Assembly: GCF_018977255.1 (NCBI RefSeq)
Contig: NW_024704743.1
Span: 111,478,001-111,542,000 of the forward strand
Reading direction: 5' to 3'
DNA: 64,000 nt
From: Callorhinchus milii
Taxonomy: Eukaryota
Shown: positions 36,801 through 49,620 of the stretch, one piece after another
Layout: every line of letters starts with the position of its first letter
Numbering within the stretch: position 1 is the first letter of the stretch
Notes under the pieces: model-generated
The model's input: only the letters and a program-made list of their open reading frames with translations
What the model was told of the DNA's origin: nothing
Database searches by the model: none
Made by a program: the position numbers and the translations under genes

Positions 36801-39800
36801 GCAGAGATGGAGAGTTGGGTCAGAATGATGGAGATATGGAGCGGAGAGAGGGAGCGGAGAGAGAGATGGAACAGAGATAGAGAGTGCGAGAGAGAAGGAA
36901 AGATGGGGCAAAGAGAGTGAGAAATGGCGCAGAGAAAGAGAATGTGAGAGGGGGCCAGGTGGTACAGAGAGAGGGAGAGATGGAAAAAACAGAGTGTGTG
37001 AGAGAGAGGGTGAGGTGGAACAGAGTGGGAGAGATTGAGCAGAATGAGAAAGATGGAGAGATGGAGAAGAGTGAGGGAGAGATGGAGCAGAGAGGGAGAT
37101 GGAGAAGAGTGAGGGAGAGGTGGAGCAGAGAGTGAGTGATAGAGAAGAGAGAGGGAGTGTGAGAGAAAGGGATGGGGCAGAGAAAGAGTGAGAGTGATGG
37201 AGAGTCGGGACAGAGAGAGGGAGAGATGAGCAGAGCGGGTGAGATGGAGCACAGAGAGAGGAGAGATATAGACATTGAGCAGAGATGGGGCAGAGATGGG
37301 GCAGAGAGAGTCTGTGAGAGAGGGAGAGATAGAGCAGTGAGAGAAAGAGAGCTGCAGCAGAGAGAGGCAGAGATGGAGCAGAGAGTGAGAAATGAAGCAG
37401 AGTGTGAGAGATGGAGCAGAGAAAGGGTGAGATGGGGCAGAGAGTGGGAGTATGAGAGAAAGGAAGAGATGGGCAAAGAGAGAATGTGATAGAGAGGGAG
37501 AGTTGGAGCAGAGAGAGGGAGAGATGGAGCACAGAGAGAGAAAAAGATATAGAGATGAAATAGAGAAAGAGAGTGTGGGAGAGAAGGAGAAATGGAGCAG
37601 AGAGAGAGATTGAGCAGAGAGAGAGCGTGTGAGAGTTAGAAATGGAGCAAAGAGAATGAAAGATGGGGCAGAGAAAGAAAATGTGAGAGAGGGAGAGATG
37701 GGACAGAGAGATGGAGAAATGGAGCAGTGAGAGAGATGGAGCAGAGTGAGGGAGAGATGGAGAAGAGAGAGAGAGGTGGAGAAGAGAGGGAGAGATGGAG
37801 AAGAGAGAGGGAGAGGAGCAGAATGTGAGTGTGAGAGAAAGGAAGAGATGGGGCAAAGAAAGAGTGTGAGAGAGATGGTGAGTCGGGGTAGAGAAAGGGA
37901 GAGATGAGCAGAGAGAAAGAAAGAGATATAGAGATGGAGCAGAGAGAGGGGGAGCATGGGAGAGAGGGATCTGAGAGAGGGAGAGATGAGACAGAGTGAG
38001 GGAGAGGTGGAACAGAGAGAGGGAGGGATGGGGCAGAGAGAGGGAGGTAGAGATGGAGCAGAGAGGTAGAGAAAGAGAGAGAGAGAGGGAGAGAGGAGTA
38101 GAGAAAAGGAGACATGGGGGCAGAGAGCGGGAGAGATGGGGCAGAAAGAGGGAAAGATGGAGCAGAGTGTGAGTGTGAGAGAAAGGGAGAGATGGGATAG
38201 AGAGAGGGAGAGGTGGAACAAAGAAAGGGAGAGATGGAGCAGGGAGAGGGAATTTGAGAGAAAGAGAGATATGGGGCAGAGAGAGAGAGAGAGGGTATGT
38301 GAGAGAGGGAGAGATGTGGCAGAGGGAGGTAGATACAGAACAGAGAGGGAGAGACGGTGTAGAGAAAGGGAGAAGAGAAGGGGAGAGTAGAGCTGAGAGA
38401 GGGAGAGATGGAGTAGAGATAGAGAGTGTGAGAGAGAAGGAGAGATGGGACTGTGAGAGATGTGGCAGAGAAAGAGAATGTGAGAGATGGAGCAGAGAGA
38501 GGGAGAGATGGAGCAGAGAGAGGGAGAGATGGGACATGGAGAGGGAGAAATGCAGCAGAGATAGGGAATGATGGGGCAGAGAAAGGGAAAGATGGATCAG
38601 AGAGAGATAGTGTGAGAAAGGAAGACATTGGGTAGAGAGCGGGAGAGATGGAGCAGAGCGGGGGAGAGAGCAGAGAGAGAGAAATGGAGAGATGGAGCAG
38701 AGAGAGTGAGTGGTGGGTCAGAGAGAGAGAGAGGGAGAGATGAGTCTGAGATGAGGCAGAGAGAGGAAGAGATGATACCGAGAGATAGGGCAGAGAGATA
38801 GTGATGGTGCAGACAGCAGGAGAGATGGAGCAGTGAGAGGAAGACATGGGGTAGAGAGAGGGGAGAGTGTGAGAGAGGGAGAGATGGGGCAGAGAGAGAG
38901 AGAGATGTAACAGACAATGGGAGAAGTGGAGCAGAGAGAGGGAGATATGGGGCAGATGGAGGGAAAGATGGGGCAGAGAAGGGGAATGGTGGATCAGAGA
39001 GAGAGCATGTGAGAGAGGAAGAGATCAGGCAGACAGCTGGAGAGATGGAGCAGAGAGGGGGAGAGATGTGGCAGATAGAGGGAGAGTGTGAGTGAGAGAG
39101 AGATGGGGCAGAGAAAGGGGGAGAGATGGGGCATAGGGAGGTAAAGATGCGCAGAGAGGGAGACATGGTTTAGAGAAAGAGAGAGAGAAATGGAGAGATG
39201 GAGAAGAGAGGGAGACATGGGGCAAACAGCGGTAGCGATGGATCAGAGAGAGGGAGAGAAGGGGCATAGAGAGTGTCCGAGAGAGAGGGTGATATGGAGC
39301 AGTAAGAGGGAGAGATGGGGCAGAGAGAGGGACAAATGGGGCAGAGAGAGAGGGTGAGATGGAGCAGTGAGTGGGAGAGATGGGGCAGAGAGATGAACAA
39401 ATGGGACAGAGAAAGGGAGAGATGGAGCAGTAAGTGGGAGAGATGGGGCAGAGAGATGAACAAATGGGACAGAGAAAGGGAGAGATGGAGCAGAGAGGGT
39501 GAGAGATGTGGCAGAGAGAGGGAGAGAGTGTGAGAGAGCAGGAGAGATGGGGCAGAGAGAGGGAGAGAATGTGAGAGAGCAGGAGAGATGGGCAGAGAGA
39601 GGGAGAGAGTGTGAGAGAGCAGGAGAGATGGGGCAGAGAGAGGGAGAGAATGTGAGAGAGCAGGAGAGATGGGGCAGAGAGAGGGAGAGAGTGTGAGAGA
39701 GCAGGAGAGATGGGGCAGAGAGAGCGTGATATGTCGCAGAGAGATCGAGCGATGGAGTAGAAAGGAAGAGATGAAGCAGAGAGAGATGGAGAGATGGAGC

Positions 39801-40879
39801 GGAGAGAAGGAGTGATGGGGCAGAGAGTGGGAAAGATGGGGCATAGAGAGAGTGTGAGAGAGAGGGAGAGATGGGGCAGAGAGGGAGAGATTGCGTAGAG
39901 AAAGAGAGAGAGAGATGGAGAGATGGAGTAGAGAGCAGGAGAGATGGAGCAGAGCTAGAGAGTGTGAGAGAGGGAGAGATGGGGTAGAGCATGAGAGAGG
40001 GAGAAATGGGGCAGAGCGAGGGAGAGATTGGGCAGAGAGAGGGAGATGTGGAGAGATGGGGCAGAGAGAGTGAGAATGGAGCAAAAAGGGAGAGATGGAG
40101 CAGAGATAGAGAGAGAGATGGAATAGAGAGAGCGAGAGATGGGGCAGAGAGAGGGAGAGATGGGGTAGAAAGAGGGAGTGATGGGGCAGAGAGGGAGAAA
40201 GAGATATAGAGATGGAGCAGAGAGAGAGTGGGAGAGAGGGAGAGATAGGGTAGAGAGGTGTAGAGATAGAGGGAGAGATGGGACAGAAAGAGGGAGATAT
40301 GGGGCAGAGAGAGGGAGAGATGGGACAGAGAGAGGGAAAGATGGGGCAGAGAGAGGAGAGATGAAGAGATGGGGCAGAGAGAGTGAGAAATGGAGAAAAA
40401 AAGGAGAGATGGATCAGAGAGAGAGAGATGGAATACAAAGAGCGAGAGATGGGGCAGAGAGAGGGAGAGATGGGGCAGAAAGAGGGAGAGATGGATGAGA
40501 GAGGGAGAGATAGAGGAGAGAGGGAGAGGTGGAGCAGAGAGAGAGAGAGAGATGGAGAGATGGGGCAGAGAGTGAGAATGGGGCAAAAAGGGAGAGATGG
40601 AGCAGAGATAGAGAAAGAGATGGAATAGAGAGCGCGAGAGATGGGGCAGAAAGAGGGAGAGATGGGGCAGAAAGAGGGAGAGATGGGGCAGAGAGGGAGA
40701 GATGAGGCAGAGAGAAAGAGATATAGAGATGGAGCAGAGACAGTGGGAGAGAGGGAGAGATAGGGTAGCGAGGTGTAGAGATGGGGCAGATAGAGGGAGA
40801 GATGGAGCAGAGAAAGAGAATGTGAGAGAGGGAGAGATGGGGCAAATAGGGTGAAAGAGAGAAGGAGAGATTGAGCAGT

Positions 40880-40912
<33 letters not shown>

Positions 40913-42874
40913 TGAGCAGAGTGAGGGAGAGATGGAGCAGACAGGGAGAGGTGGAGCAGAGTGTGGGAGTGTGAGAGAAAGGTAGAGATGGGGCAGAGAG
41001 AGGGTGAGATGGAGCAGAGAAAAAGGGAGAGATGCAGAAGAGATGGAGAGGTGGAGCAGAGAGAGAGAGATAGAGAGATGGGGCAGAGAGATGGTTATGT
41101 TGGGCAGGAAGAGGGAAAGATGGAGCAGAGAGAGATGGAGAGATGGGGCAGAGAGGGGGAGATTGTGTGAGAGAGATTGGGCAGAGCGAGTATGATATGT
41201 GGCAGAGAAATCGAGAGATGGAGCAAAAAGGGAGAGATGGAGCAAAGAGAGGGTGATGCAGAAATGGAGCGGAGAGATGGAATGATGGGGCACAGAGAAG
41301 GAGGATGGGGTAAAGAGAGGGAGAGATGAAGCAGAGATATAGAGGGTGTGAGGGAGTGGGAGAGGTAGAGCAGTGAAAGAAAAAGGGATGGAGCAGAGCG
41401 ATGGAGAGATGGATCAGAGAGAGGGAGTGTGAGAGAAAGGTAGAGATGGGGCAGAGAGAGGGAGAGATGCAGAAGAGAGGGAGTGATGGAGCAGAGAAAG
41501 GGTGAGATGGAGCAGAGAGAGAGAAAGAGATATAGAGATGGAGCAGAGAGAGAGTGAATGTGGGAGAGAGGGAGATGGGGCAGAGAGGGGTAGAGATGGG
41601 CCCGAAAGAGGGAGAGATGAAGCAGAGATATAGTGCAAGAGAGGAGAGATGGGGCAAAGAGGATGAGAGATGGGGCAGAGAAAGAGAATGTGAGAGAGGG
41701 AGAGATGGGACAGAGAATGAGTGAGAGAGGGGCAGAGATGGGGCAGAGAGAGGGAGAGATGCGGCAGAGCGTGAGAGAGGAGAAATCGTGCTGAGAGAGG
41801 GAGAGATGCAGCATAGAGAGAGATGGGGACAGAGAGAGGGAGAGATGGAGGAGAGAGGGAGAGATGGAGGAGAGAGGGAGTGATGGAGCAGCGAGAGGGA
41901 GAGATGGGGCAGGGAAAGGGATAGATGATGCAGAGAGAGAGGTGCAGATAGTGTTAGTAAAGGAGAGATGGGGCAGAAAGAAGGCGAGGTGGGGCAGAGT
42001 GGGAGAGATGTAGCAGGGAGAGGGAGAGATGGGGCAGGGAGAGGGAGAGATGGGGCAGGGAGAGGTGCACATAAAGTGTTAATAAAGGAGAGATGGGGCA
42101 GAGAGGGAGCGATGGGGCAGACAGAGATGGAGCACAGAGAGGGTGATAGAGAGAGGGAGGGATGGAGCAGAGAGAGGGAGATATGGGGGCAGATAGATGG
42201 AGCAGGGAGGGAGAGATGGAGTTGACAGAGGGAGAGATGGAGCAGAGAGAGAGGGAAAGGTGGGTCAGAGTTTGAGAGAGGTAGAGATGGAGCAGAGAGG
42301 GGTAGAGATGGAGCAGAGAGAGGTAGAGATGGAGCAGAGAGATGGAGAGATTAAGCAGAGAGTGGGGGAAATGGAGCAGACAGAGATAGAGATGGGGCAG
42401 AGAGATGGAGAGATGGAGTAGAGAGAAGGAGAGTTGGGGCAGAGAGAGGAAGAGATTGGGCAGAGACAGAGAGGGAGAGAGGGATGAGCACAGAGAGTGT
42501 GACCGAGAGCGCGAGAGATGGAGCAGAGAGGGAGACGTGATGCCGAGAGAGGGAGAAGGAGCAACACAGAGAGAGTGTGAAAGCGAGGGAAAGATGGATC
42601 CAGTGAAGAATGCCACAGCCAGTGGGGGAACGATGGCACTTGTGTGAATGATGGGTTGCGTGGGGAATGCACCAACCCTCCTGGAAGGGCAACCAATACA
42701 CACACAAGCGACAGAGACAGGCTCAAAAACAGGGAGTCCGAGGGGCTGATGAACACACGTGTGCAGGAAGAACGAGGTGCACTCACACATAGAATGGGAT
42801 GACAGAGTGTAACAGAAAGAGAGTCCATGCATTGGGGTGTCGAGCACAGAGATACACGCAAAGACAGAGATGGA

Positions 42875-43313
42875 AAATTCTCACCCTCATTCTAACCCGC
42901 ACCAAACTCCGCTCCCAAACACTGGCTGCCTTTCCCAGAGACGATCGATTTCAAGATCACTCCTCTGCACCTCCCTATCTCTCTGACCTCCTCTCTCCTC
43001 AAAACAGTACCCGTTGCCTTCGTTCCTCCGGGTCTGGCCTCCTCCTCATCCCGAGTCTCTGCTCCACCCTCGGTCACCTTCACCTTCACCTTCAGTCACT
43101 ATGCCCCAAGGCTCTGGAACTCCCTTCCTCACTTCCTTCATCTCGACCCTCTCTTCCTATTTTCAGGTCTCTGCTGAAGACCTTTTTGACCGCGCCTTTG
43201 GTCACCTTCCTCCCCCTCCCCCTGGCTCGGCCCCGGGATCCATTACTGTGAAGCGCTCTGAGACGCCGACCGGCATGGAGCGCGCTATATAAATCCAAGT
43301 TGTTGTTGTTGTT
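42875..43313 (+). mobile_element. L2 3' end (~440 bp), same subfamily as the element at 7607
   Basis: APPYLSDLL..TRCLRSSGSGLL and a tail gcgcgctatataaatccaagttgttgttg. Reverse-complement match to 7607-8050. Confidence 0.93.
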
Positions 43314-43354
43314 GAGACAAAATGTGCATAGGCAGAAGAAGGGGGAAGATGGAA

Positions 43355-43500
43355 ATAATAATAGTAATAATAATCCTTGCATTTGATATAGCGCCTGATC
43401 ACGTCTTCAACAAGTCTCGAAGCGCTTCACAGGATATACCATAAAGTGGATTGACTGTGTATTTTGTGGGTGAAACGGGGCAGTCAATTAGGCACAGCAG
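43355..43500 (-). mobile_element. 5'-truncated SINE 3' end
   Basis: aataataatccttgcatttgatatagcgcc...agcgcttcacag...ttgactgtgtattttgtggg. Confidence 0.88.
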
Positions 43501-43626
43501 ATGCGCGCATACAGAGGGAAGAGTTAGAGAATATTCAATCACAGAGAAACAGACATACAGGGAGACATGTACACACAAGAAGGTGGAACAGAGCGATGCA
43601 TGCTCGTGCAGGAGACAGTGGCATAC

Positions 43627-43870
43627 ACACACAGGGAGACAGAGGGACGCGCACACAGGGAGACAGAGGCACGCGCACACAGGGAGACAGAGGCACGCTC
43701 ACACAGGAAGACAGAGGCACGCTCACACAGGGAGACAGAGGCACGCTCACACAGGAAGACAGAGGCACGCTCACACAGGGAGACAGAGGCACGCTCACAC
43801 AGGGAGACAGAGGCACGCGCACACAGGGAGACAGAGGCACGCGCACACAGGGAGACAGAGGCATGCTCAT
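43627..43870 (+). repeat. 24-bp minisatellite, about 10 copies ((G/T)CACACAGG(G/A)AGACAGAGGCACGC)
   Basis: Near-perfect tandem, seen as 8-aa repeats (HTGRQRHA) in the ORF track. Embedded in a degenerate CA/GA tract at 43500-44410 and 45380-45870. Confidence 0.95.
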
Positions 43871-44414
43871 AGAGAGACGGAGACATGCAGACACAGAGAG
43901 ATGGAGACATACAGACACAGGGTCACAGAGATATGCACACACAAAGGGAGGGGGAGACAGAGGCATGTGAAGCCATGGGAAGATGGAGACGTGCTCACAC
44001 AGGAGGACATATATGCACAGGTGTGGGGGGTGGGGGGAAGAGATAGAGACGTCCACATGTACAGGAGACGAAGATGTGTGTACGAAAAGAGAGACAGAGA
44101 CATGTGCAGGCCCAGAAAGAGAAGCACACACACATACAGACACAGAGATACATGTACATCTGGGAGGGTGGAGTAGAGACAGACGCATATAGACGGGGAG
44201 TCAAAACATACAAACACACAGGATGTCAGAGACATAGATATGAGCACACACTGGGAGTCACAGGCACCTATGGGAGACGGAGATGGACACAGACACATGA
44301 AGATGGAGATGAGCGTACACACAGGGAGAGAGATTGAAGCACATTCACAAGGAGGTGGAGATGCGTGTTTGCTAACACACACAGGGAGACAGAGACAAAG
44401 ACACATGCTTAGGA

Positions 44415-45360
44415 AGACATAATAACATAAGAAGACCAAGGTCCATGAGTTCACCTTCCACCATCCTAGCAGTCACTTGACATGCTGTGCCCAAACTACA
44501 TATTGTATACCGAGATATTATTTCCTCACAAAAATCTATCTAATTTGTTCTTGAAAGAATCAACACTTTCTGCTCCACCGTCTCTCTAGTGAGCCTGTTC
44601 CATATATTTACCACTCACTCACTGAAGTAGTGTTCCTGCAGATTTGCTTTGAATTCACCCCCCTTCAATCGCAGACTGTGTCCTCTGACATTACTGTTCA
44701 GTACAAGATAAAACAGCTTATTATGATCTACGTTATTTAGTCCCTTTAGAATCTTAAGGACCATAATTATATCGGCCCTCAGCTTTCTTTTCTCCAGTGT
44801 GAACATGCCCAGTTTACCTAATCGTTCCTCGTAGTCCAGGCCCTCCATCCCCTCAATCAGTTTGCTTGCCCTCTTCTCTGTTTCTTCTCAATCGCTACAA
44901 TATCCTTTTTGTATTAGGGTGACCAGAACTGCACACAGTATTCTGAGTGCGGTCGCACGAGTGACATATAAAGTGGCAGAATTACCTCACTATTTTGTCT
45001 TAATATTGCCCTTTTAATATAACCCAGCATCTGGTTTGCCTTACTCACTCCTACTGAGCAGTTTCGATGCCTTCAATTTATTGTCAATCAAGACTCCCAG
45101 GTCCTTTTCATTTCCCATACAGATAATATGTTCTTTCCATTTAAATAATAGTCCCTTCCTGGATTTTTTTTATCACCATGTGAAGCATTTCTCTACATTT
45201 AATTTCATCTGCCATCGATTTGCCCAATTCCCAAGTATGTCCAAGTCCTCCTGCAAGCTATCCTGTTCATCTTTGCAATCTACCACCTTTGACACATCTG
45301 TTATTTAGCCATTGTATTTGTGACCTCTTGCTCCAGGTCGTTTATGAAGATATTAAATAG
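44415..45360 (-). mobile_element. CR1 LINE 3' ~950 bp
   Basis: MEGLDYEERLGKLGMFTLEKRKLRADII..RGHSLRL, tggcagatgaaattaaatgtagagaaatgc (WQMKLNVEKC) and tactgtgtgcagttctggtcacc (YCVQFWSP). Confidence 0.93.
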
Positions 45361-46184
45361 GTGGGGTTGCTCATAGAGGGAGATGAAGATGCACTCATGG
45401 AAAAGGAGACAAAACACTGGGACATGCAGATACGGGGAGGGGGAGACATGAGGTGTGCACTATGTACGGGGAGACAGATGTTTGCACACACAGGGAGGCG
45501 GAACACAGAGACACGTGCATGCACAAGGTGGAATCATACTCACGATGAGTAGGAGCTGGCGACACACACACAAGGAGGTGGAGACATGAATAGAGTGAAT
45601 ATGAGAATCGCACATGCACGAATGGGGAGACAGAGATACGCGCAGTCAGAGGGAAACAGAGATGGCGATGCCAGGGAGTACAGGGCGGAAACGCACACAC
45701 GAGAAGCAAGAGGTAGATGGAGATAAGGAGAGGGGGAGAAGGACACAGTCACGTGCACACAAAGGCAGGTGGAGAAATGTGAATACACAGAGAAGGGGAA
45801 ACACGTGTAGGCACAAACAGTTGGAGACAGATGTGGGCACACACAGGGAGTGAGAGACGGAAACTCACACTCATGAGCTTGGGGAAATGCACCAACCCAA
45901 CTGTGGAGGGGGGAAACACACAAACCCAGCCAAAGCGAGGGGAACAAACCAGCTGGGGGGGAGGCGGAGGAGATATACCACCTGGGGGAGGGGGGAAAAC
46001 GATTGATCCAGTGGTAACAGTAGAAGCTGTGGTGGCCAGAACCCATGGGGAACAACCTCGGGAGAGGTAACCCCAAGTAGTAATAACAAATTCAACAAAC
46101 AACAAATTACATTCATATAACATGTTTCACGTTGGAAGGCAATTGCAACAGATGACCCCCACACCGACGTATGATGGCCGTGTT

Positions 46185-49100
46185 AAGGATAAAGCTGAGA
46201 TGGAGCTGAAAGCCAGAGTGAGGAGACAGAACTGAGATGGAGAGAAGAAATGGAACTCAGGCAGGCAACAAGAGAAAGAGAAGAGTTACAGCTGAGTGAG
46301 GAAGCTGAGGGATGGAGAAGAGGAATGCATTGTTCTAGCTTAGCTGGAACGTAGAACTGCCCAGTAAGACAGAGCTCTGAGGCAATCCGAGCGATAACAC
46401 TGTGAGATAGCAATGAGATGGATCCAGGAGACATAGTTGTGAGATGGAGTTGAGAATCAGAAATGAAAGAAAGTGCTGTCGTGCCAAGGTGAAAGGCACA
46501 GTTATGTGATGGAGTTTTGAGATGCAACTAAGAGACAGTATTGAGATGAAGCTATTAGACATCACTGTGAAATGGAGGTGTCTGACTAAGCTGAGAGATG
46601 GTGCTCTGAGACTAAGCTGTGGGAAAGAGCAGAGATATAGAGCGGTGAGGTGGAGCAGTGAGCCAGAGACACCAGTCAGAATTTAGGCACAGCTGAGATG
46701 GAGATACGAGATGGAGCCACAAGACAGAGCTGAGAGTTGGAGCTAAGAGGCCAAGGTTAGACAAAGCTGGTAAACTGTCATATGAAGCTGTGAGTTAGTG
46801 CTGCGTGACACACTTTGAAAATCCACTTCAAGATCTTACTTTTTGACTATGTTCCTCCCCCCCACACATACACCCCATCCCCAATCACACAAACACACAC
46901 ACAGCTTGGGCTTTCAGTCAGCCATACAAAGCACTTTGAAACATTGTCCTGACATGAAAGGCATAAATAAACATAAATTGTTGTTGAGACAGAACAATAA
47001 GAGAGCGCAGAGAGACTATGATATGAAGCTGTGAATGAGAGTTGAGAGATGGATACTGTCAAAATAAAGTGAGAAGGATCTGTTAGCTGGTGCTGAGAGA
47101 TACAACTGAGAGATGAATCTCTTAGATGACATTGTGCAAAGGCGATATGAAGTGGTCTGTGAGGCAAAGTTGAGACACAGTTGTGTGAAAGCTGAAAGAC
47201 AGAGGTTATAGACAAAGCTGAGACATCGTTCTGACAGCTGTTAGAGAAGCTGTCAGGTGAAATGGCTAGATGGTACTATGAGATGGAGTTGTAAGATAGT
47301 GCTATGAGACAAAGCTAGAAGCTACAGATGAACTGAGGTGGATCTGAGATGGAGGCAAGGAATGGAGATGTGAGATGTACTGTGAGACATCAAGTCCTGG
47401 ATGAGAGCTAAACTTTCTACAGCTGAATGTCAACAAGACCGAGGCTCTCCTGATTGGCTCCACACCTCAGGCACTGACAGCACCACCATCCATGGTTGCA
47501 CACTCCACCTTACTAAGCCACTTCAGAACCTTGGCATCCTGTTTGACCCGCGATTTTTCCTTTCTACTACATCTGTGCCATGACCCACTCTGCCTTCCCC
47601 CACCTCCGCAACACCACCCAGCTCCGCCACTGTCTCACACCACAGGCCACCGAGACCCTCATACATGCATTCATAGCATCCAGGCTCGACTACGCAAACT
47701 CCCAGCTTGTCGGCCTCCCCAACTCCTCCCTCCATAGGTTGTAGATCATTCAGAATTCTGCAGCCTGTGTCCTCTCCTGTACCAGGCCCCGTGACCCCAT
47801 CACCCCCATCCTCGCCCGACTCCACTGGCTTCCCATCACATAGAGGATACAGTTCAAGATCCTAGTGCTCACTTTCAAAGCCCTCCCGACATGAAAGACA
47901 TTATACAAATGTAATTTTATTGTTGTTGTTGAGACAGCTGCAAGACAACCGTGACACAGATCCTTCAGCCTTTTTGCCCCCATTCTCTGGAACTCCATCC
48001 CAAAGTTCCTTCGTCTCACCCCATCTTTTGCTTCCCTCAAGGCCACCCTCCTCTTTGATCGTGCCTCTTGTCTCTTCCCAATTCCCTTGCACTCCACCTC
48101 TCGCCTCTGATCCCCAGCTCAGGTGCAAACCCTTCATGATCCAGCACCTTAGGGTGTCATCCTGAGGTGAAAGGCTCCATATAAATGTAATTTGTTGTTG
48201 TGAAATGGAGTTGAGACTTCTAGCACATGTAGGATAGCTGTGAGATGGAGCAGAGAAGGAGCTGTGAAAGAAGCTTAGGCAGAACTCAGATAAAGCTGTC
48301 AGGTGGCACAGTGAGCTTTCAGACAGAGTTGCCAGACAGTTCTGAGGCAGAGTTGTCACTGACTGAGTGAAAGAGCCATCAGAAGGAAGTGAGAAAAGGA
48401 GCCATTAGATGGAACTCAGAACTGAGCCCTTACACAATGTCAACTGGAACTGAGACGTGAACCTGAGTGATGGAGTGGAGAGATGATGAGAGATGGAGTT
48501 AAGTCGCAGCTGTAATAAGGAATTGTTAGACGCAGCTGTGTGTAGTGCTTACTGTAAGCCAGCTGCAAGGTGACCTGAGTGACAGTTGTCCGACAGTACT
48601 GTGAGATACAGTGGTGAGATGGAGCTAAGACAGAGCTGCAATGGAGTTGTGAGACAGTTACAAATCAATTTTAGGGACAAAAGTGTGAAAAAGAGCTTTA
48701 AGAAGTTGCAATGACACAAAGCTTTGAGATAGAGCTCAGATCGAGTTGCAAGATTGAGTTGTCAGGTGGAGTTGTGAGAAACGGTTTTAACAATAAGGTG
48801 AGATGGAGATGACACATTGTTAGATAGAGTTCTAGGATGGAGCTATACAATGGAGCTGTGGAATGAAGTTTTAGGAAGGAGCAAGAAAATAGTGCTCTGA
48901 GACAGAAATGTGAGACAGAATGATCAGATGGAACTCTGAGATAGAAGTTCAAGATGGAGTTGTGAGATGGAGTAACTAGACAGACCTCTCAGCTGGCACT
49001 GTTGTATCTTTCTGAAATAGATGTAAGATAGATCTTTCTGACAGAGCTGTGAGATGTATCTTTCTAATAGAGCTGTGAGATGAATCTTTCTGACGAAGCT

Positions 49101-49620
49101 GAGATGGATTGTTGAACATAGCTCCGTTGAACATAGTGAGATGAATTTTTCTGATGAAGCCGAAAGATGGATCTTTTGACATAGAGGAGACTTGGATCTG
49201 CTGGATGTAGCTTAGGTGCTCCTTTTTGACCTAGTTAACAGATGGATATGCTAGACATGGCTAAGAGATGGATAATTTTTGTAGCTAAAAGATGGATCTG
49301 TTGCATGTAGCTGTTGGATGGTCCTTTTTCACGTAGCTGAAGATTAGATCTGTTGTCCGTAGCTGTGAGCTGAATATTTTTGATGTAGCTGTGAGTTACG
49401 TATATGTGGCCGCAGCTCTGAAATGGCTCTTGTTGACATCGTTGTGTGAGGAATCCGTTTGCCATGACTGTGCAATTGGTCTGTTGGATGCAGCAGCAAA
49501 AAGGATCATTTTGACATAACTGTGAGATAGATTTGTTGGACAGAGCTGAACTTCCAAGTTGTTGGATAGACTTACGAGAGCAAACTGAGTTTTGAGACCG
49601 CTGAACATCAGTGGTGCCAT
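46185..49620 (+). repeat. Highly degenerate satellite with GAGATGGAG(C/T)TG core, shifting to ~25-bp GAGATGGATCTTTCTGA...AGCTGT units after ~49.0 kb
   Basis: Recurrent gagatggag, gagctg and tgtgaga words. Periodic gatgga(t/a)ctt...agct at 49010-49550. Interrupted by L2 pieces. Confidence 0.75.
47400..48200 (+). mobile_element. Two adjacent L2 3' fragments
   Basis: ETLIHAFIASRLDYANS...LHWLPI..IQFKILVLTFKAL at ~47650-47885. Tails atacaaatgtaattttattgttgttg (47905-47932) and ataaatgtaatttgttgttg (48180-48200). Confidence 0.88.

Larger units (their letters stand above)
25055..42600 (+). repeat. ~17.5 kb polypurine/polypyrimidine complex satellite, core ~21 bp AGAGAGAGGGAGAGATGG(A/G)GC
   Basis: The plus strand is overwhelmingly A/G, with GAGATGGAGCA and GAGATGGGGCA recurring throughout. 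Near-perfect 21-bp runs at ~32770-33300 and ~41-bp units at ~39510-39720. More degenerate at 25.05-28.9 kb. Confidence 0.97.

Noticed and set aside
30768..38537. 2589-aa minus-strand ORF, plus the 1211-, 1017-, 804- and 707-aa ORFs and others
   Set aside because: They overlap in several frames, consist of S/L/P/H/C low-complexity sequence, and arise because the C/T-rich satellite strand rarely forms stop codons.
25276..42647. E/R/G-rich plus-strand ORFs resembling coiled-coil or trichohyalin-like proteins
   Set aside because: Direct translations of GA repeats, frequently interrupted, with no consistent frame.
43451..44454. 241/217/195-aa repeat-containing ORFs
   Set aside because: Open on both strands because of the stop-free 24-bp minisatellite and the CA/GA tract.
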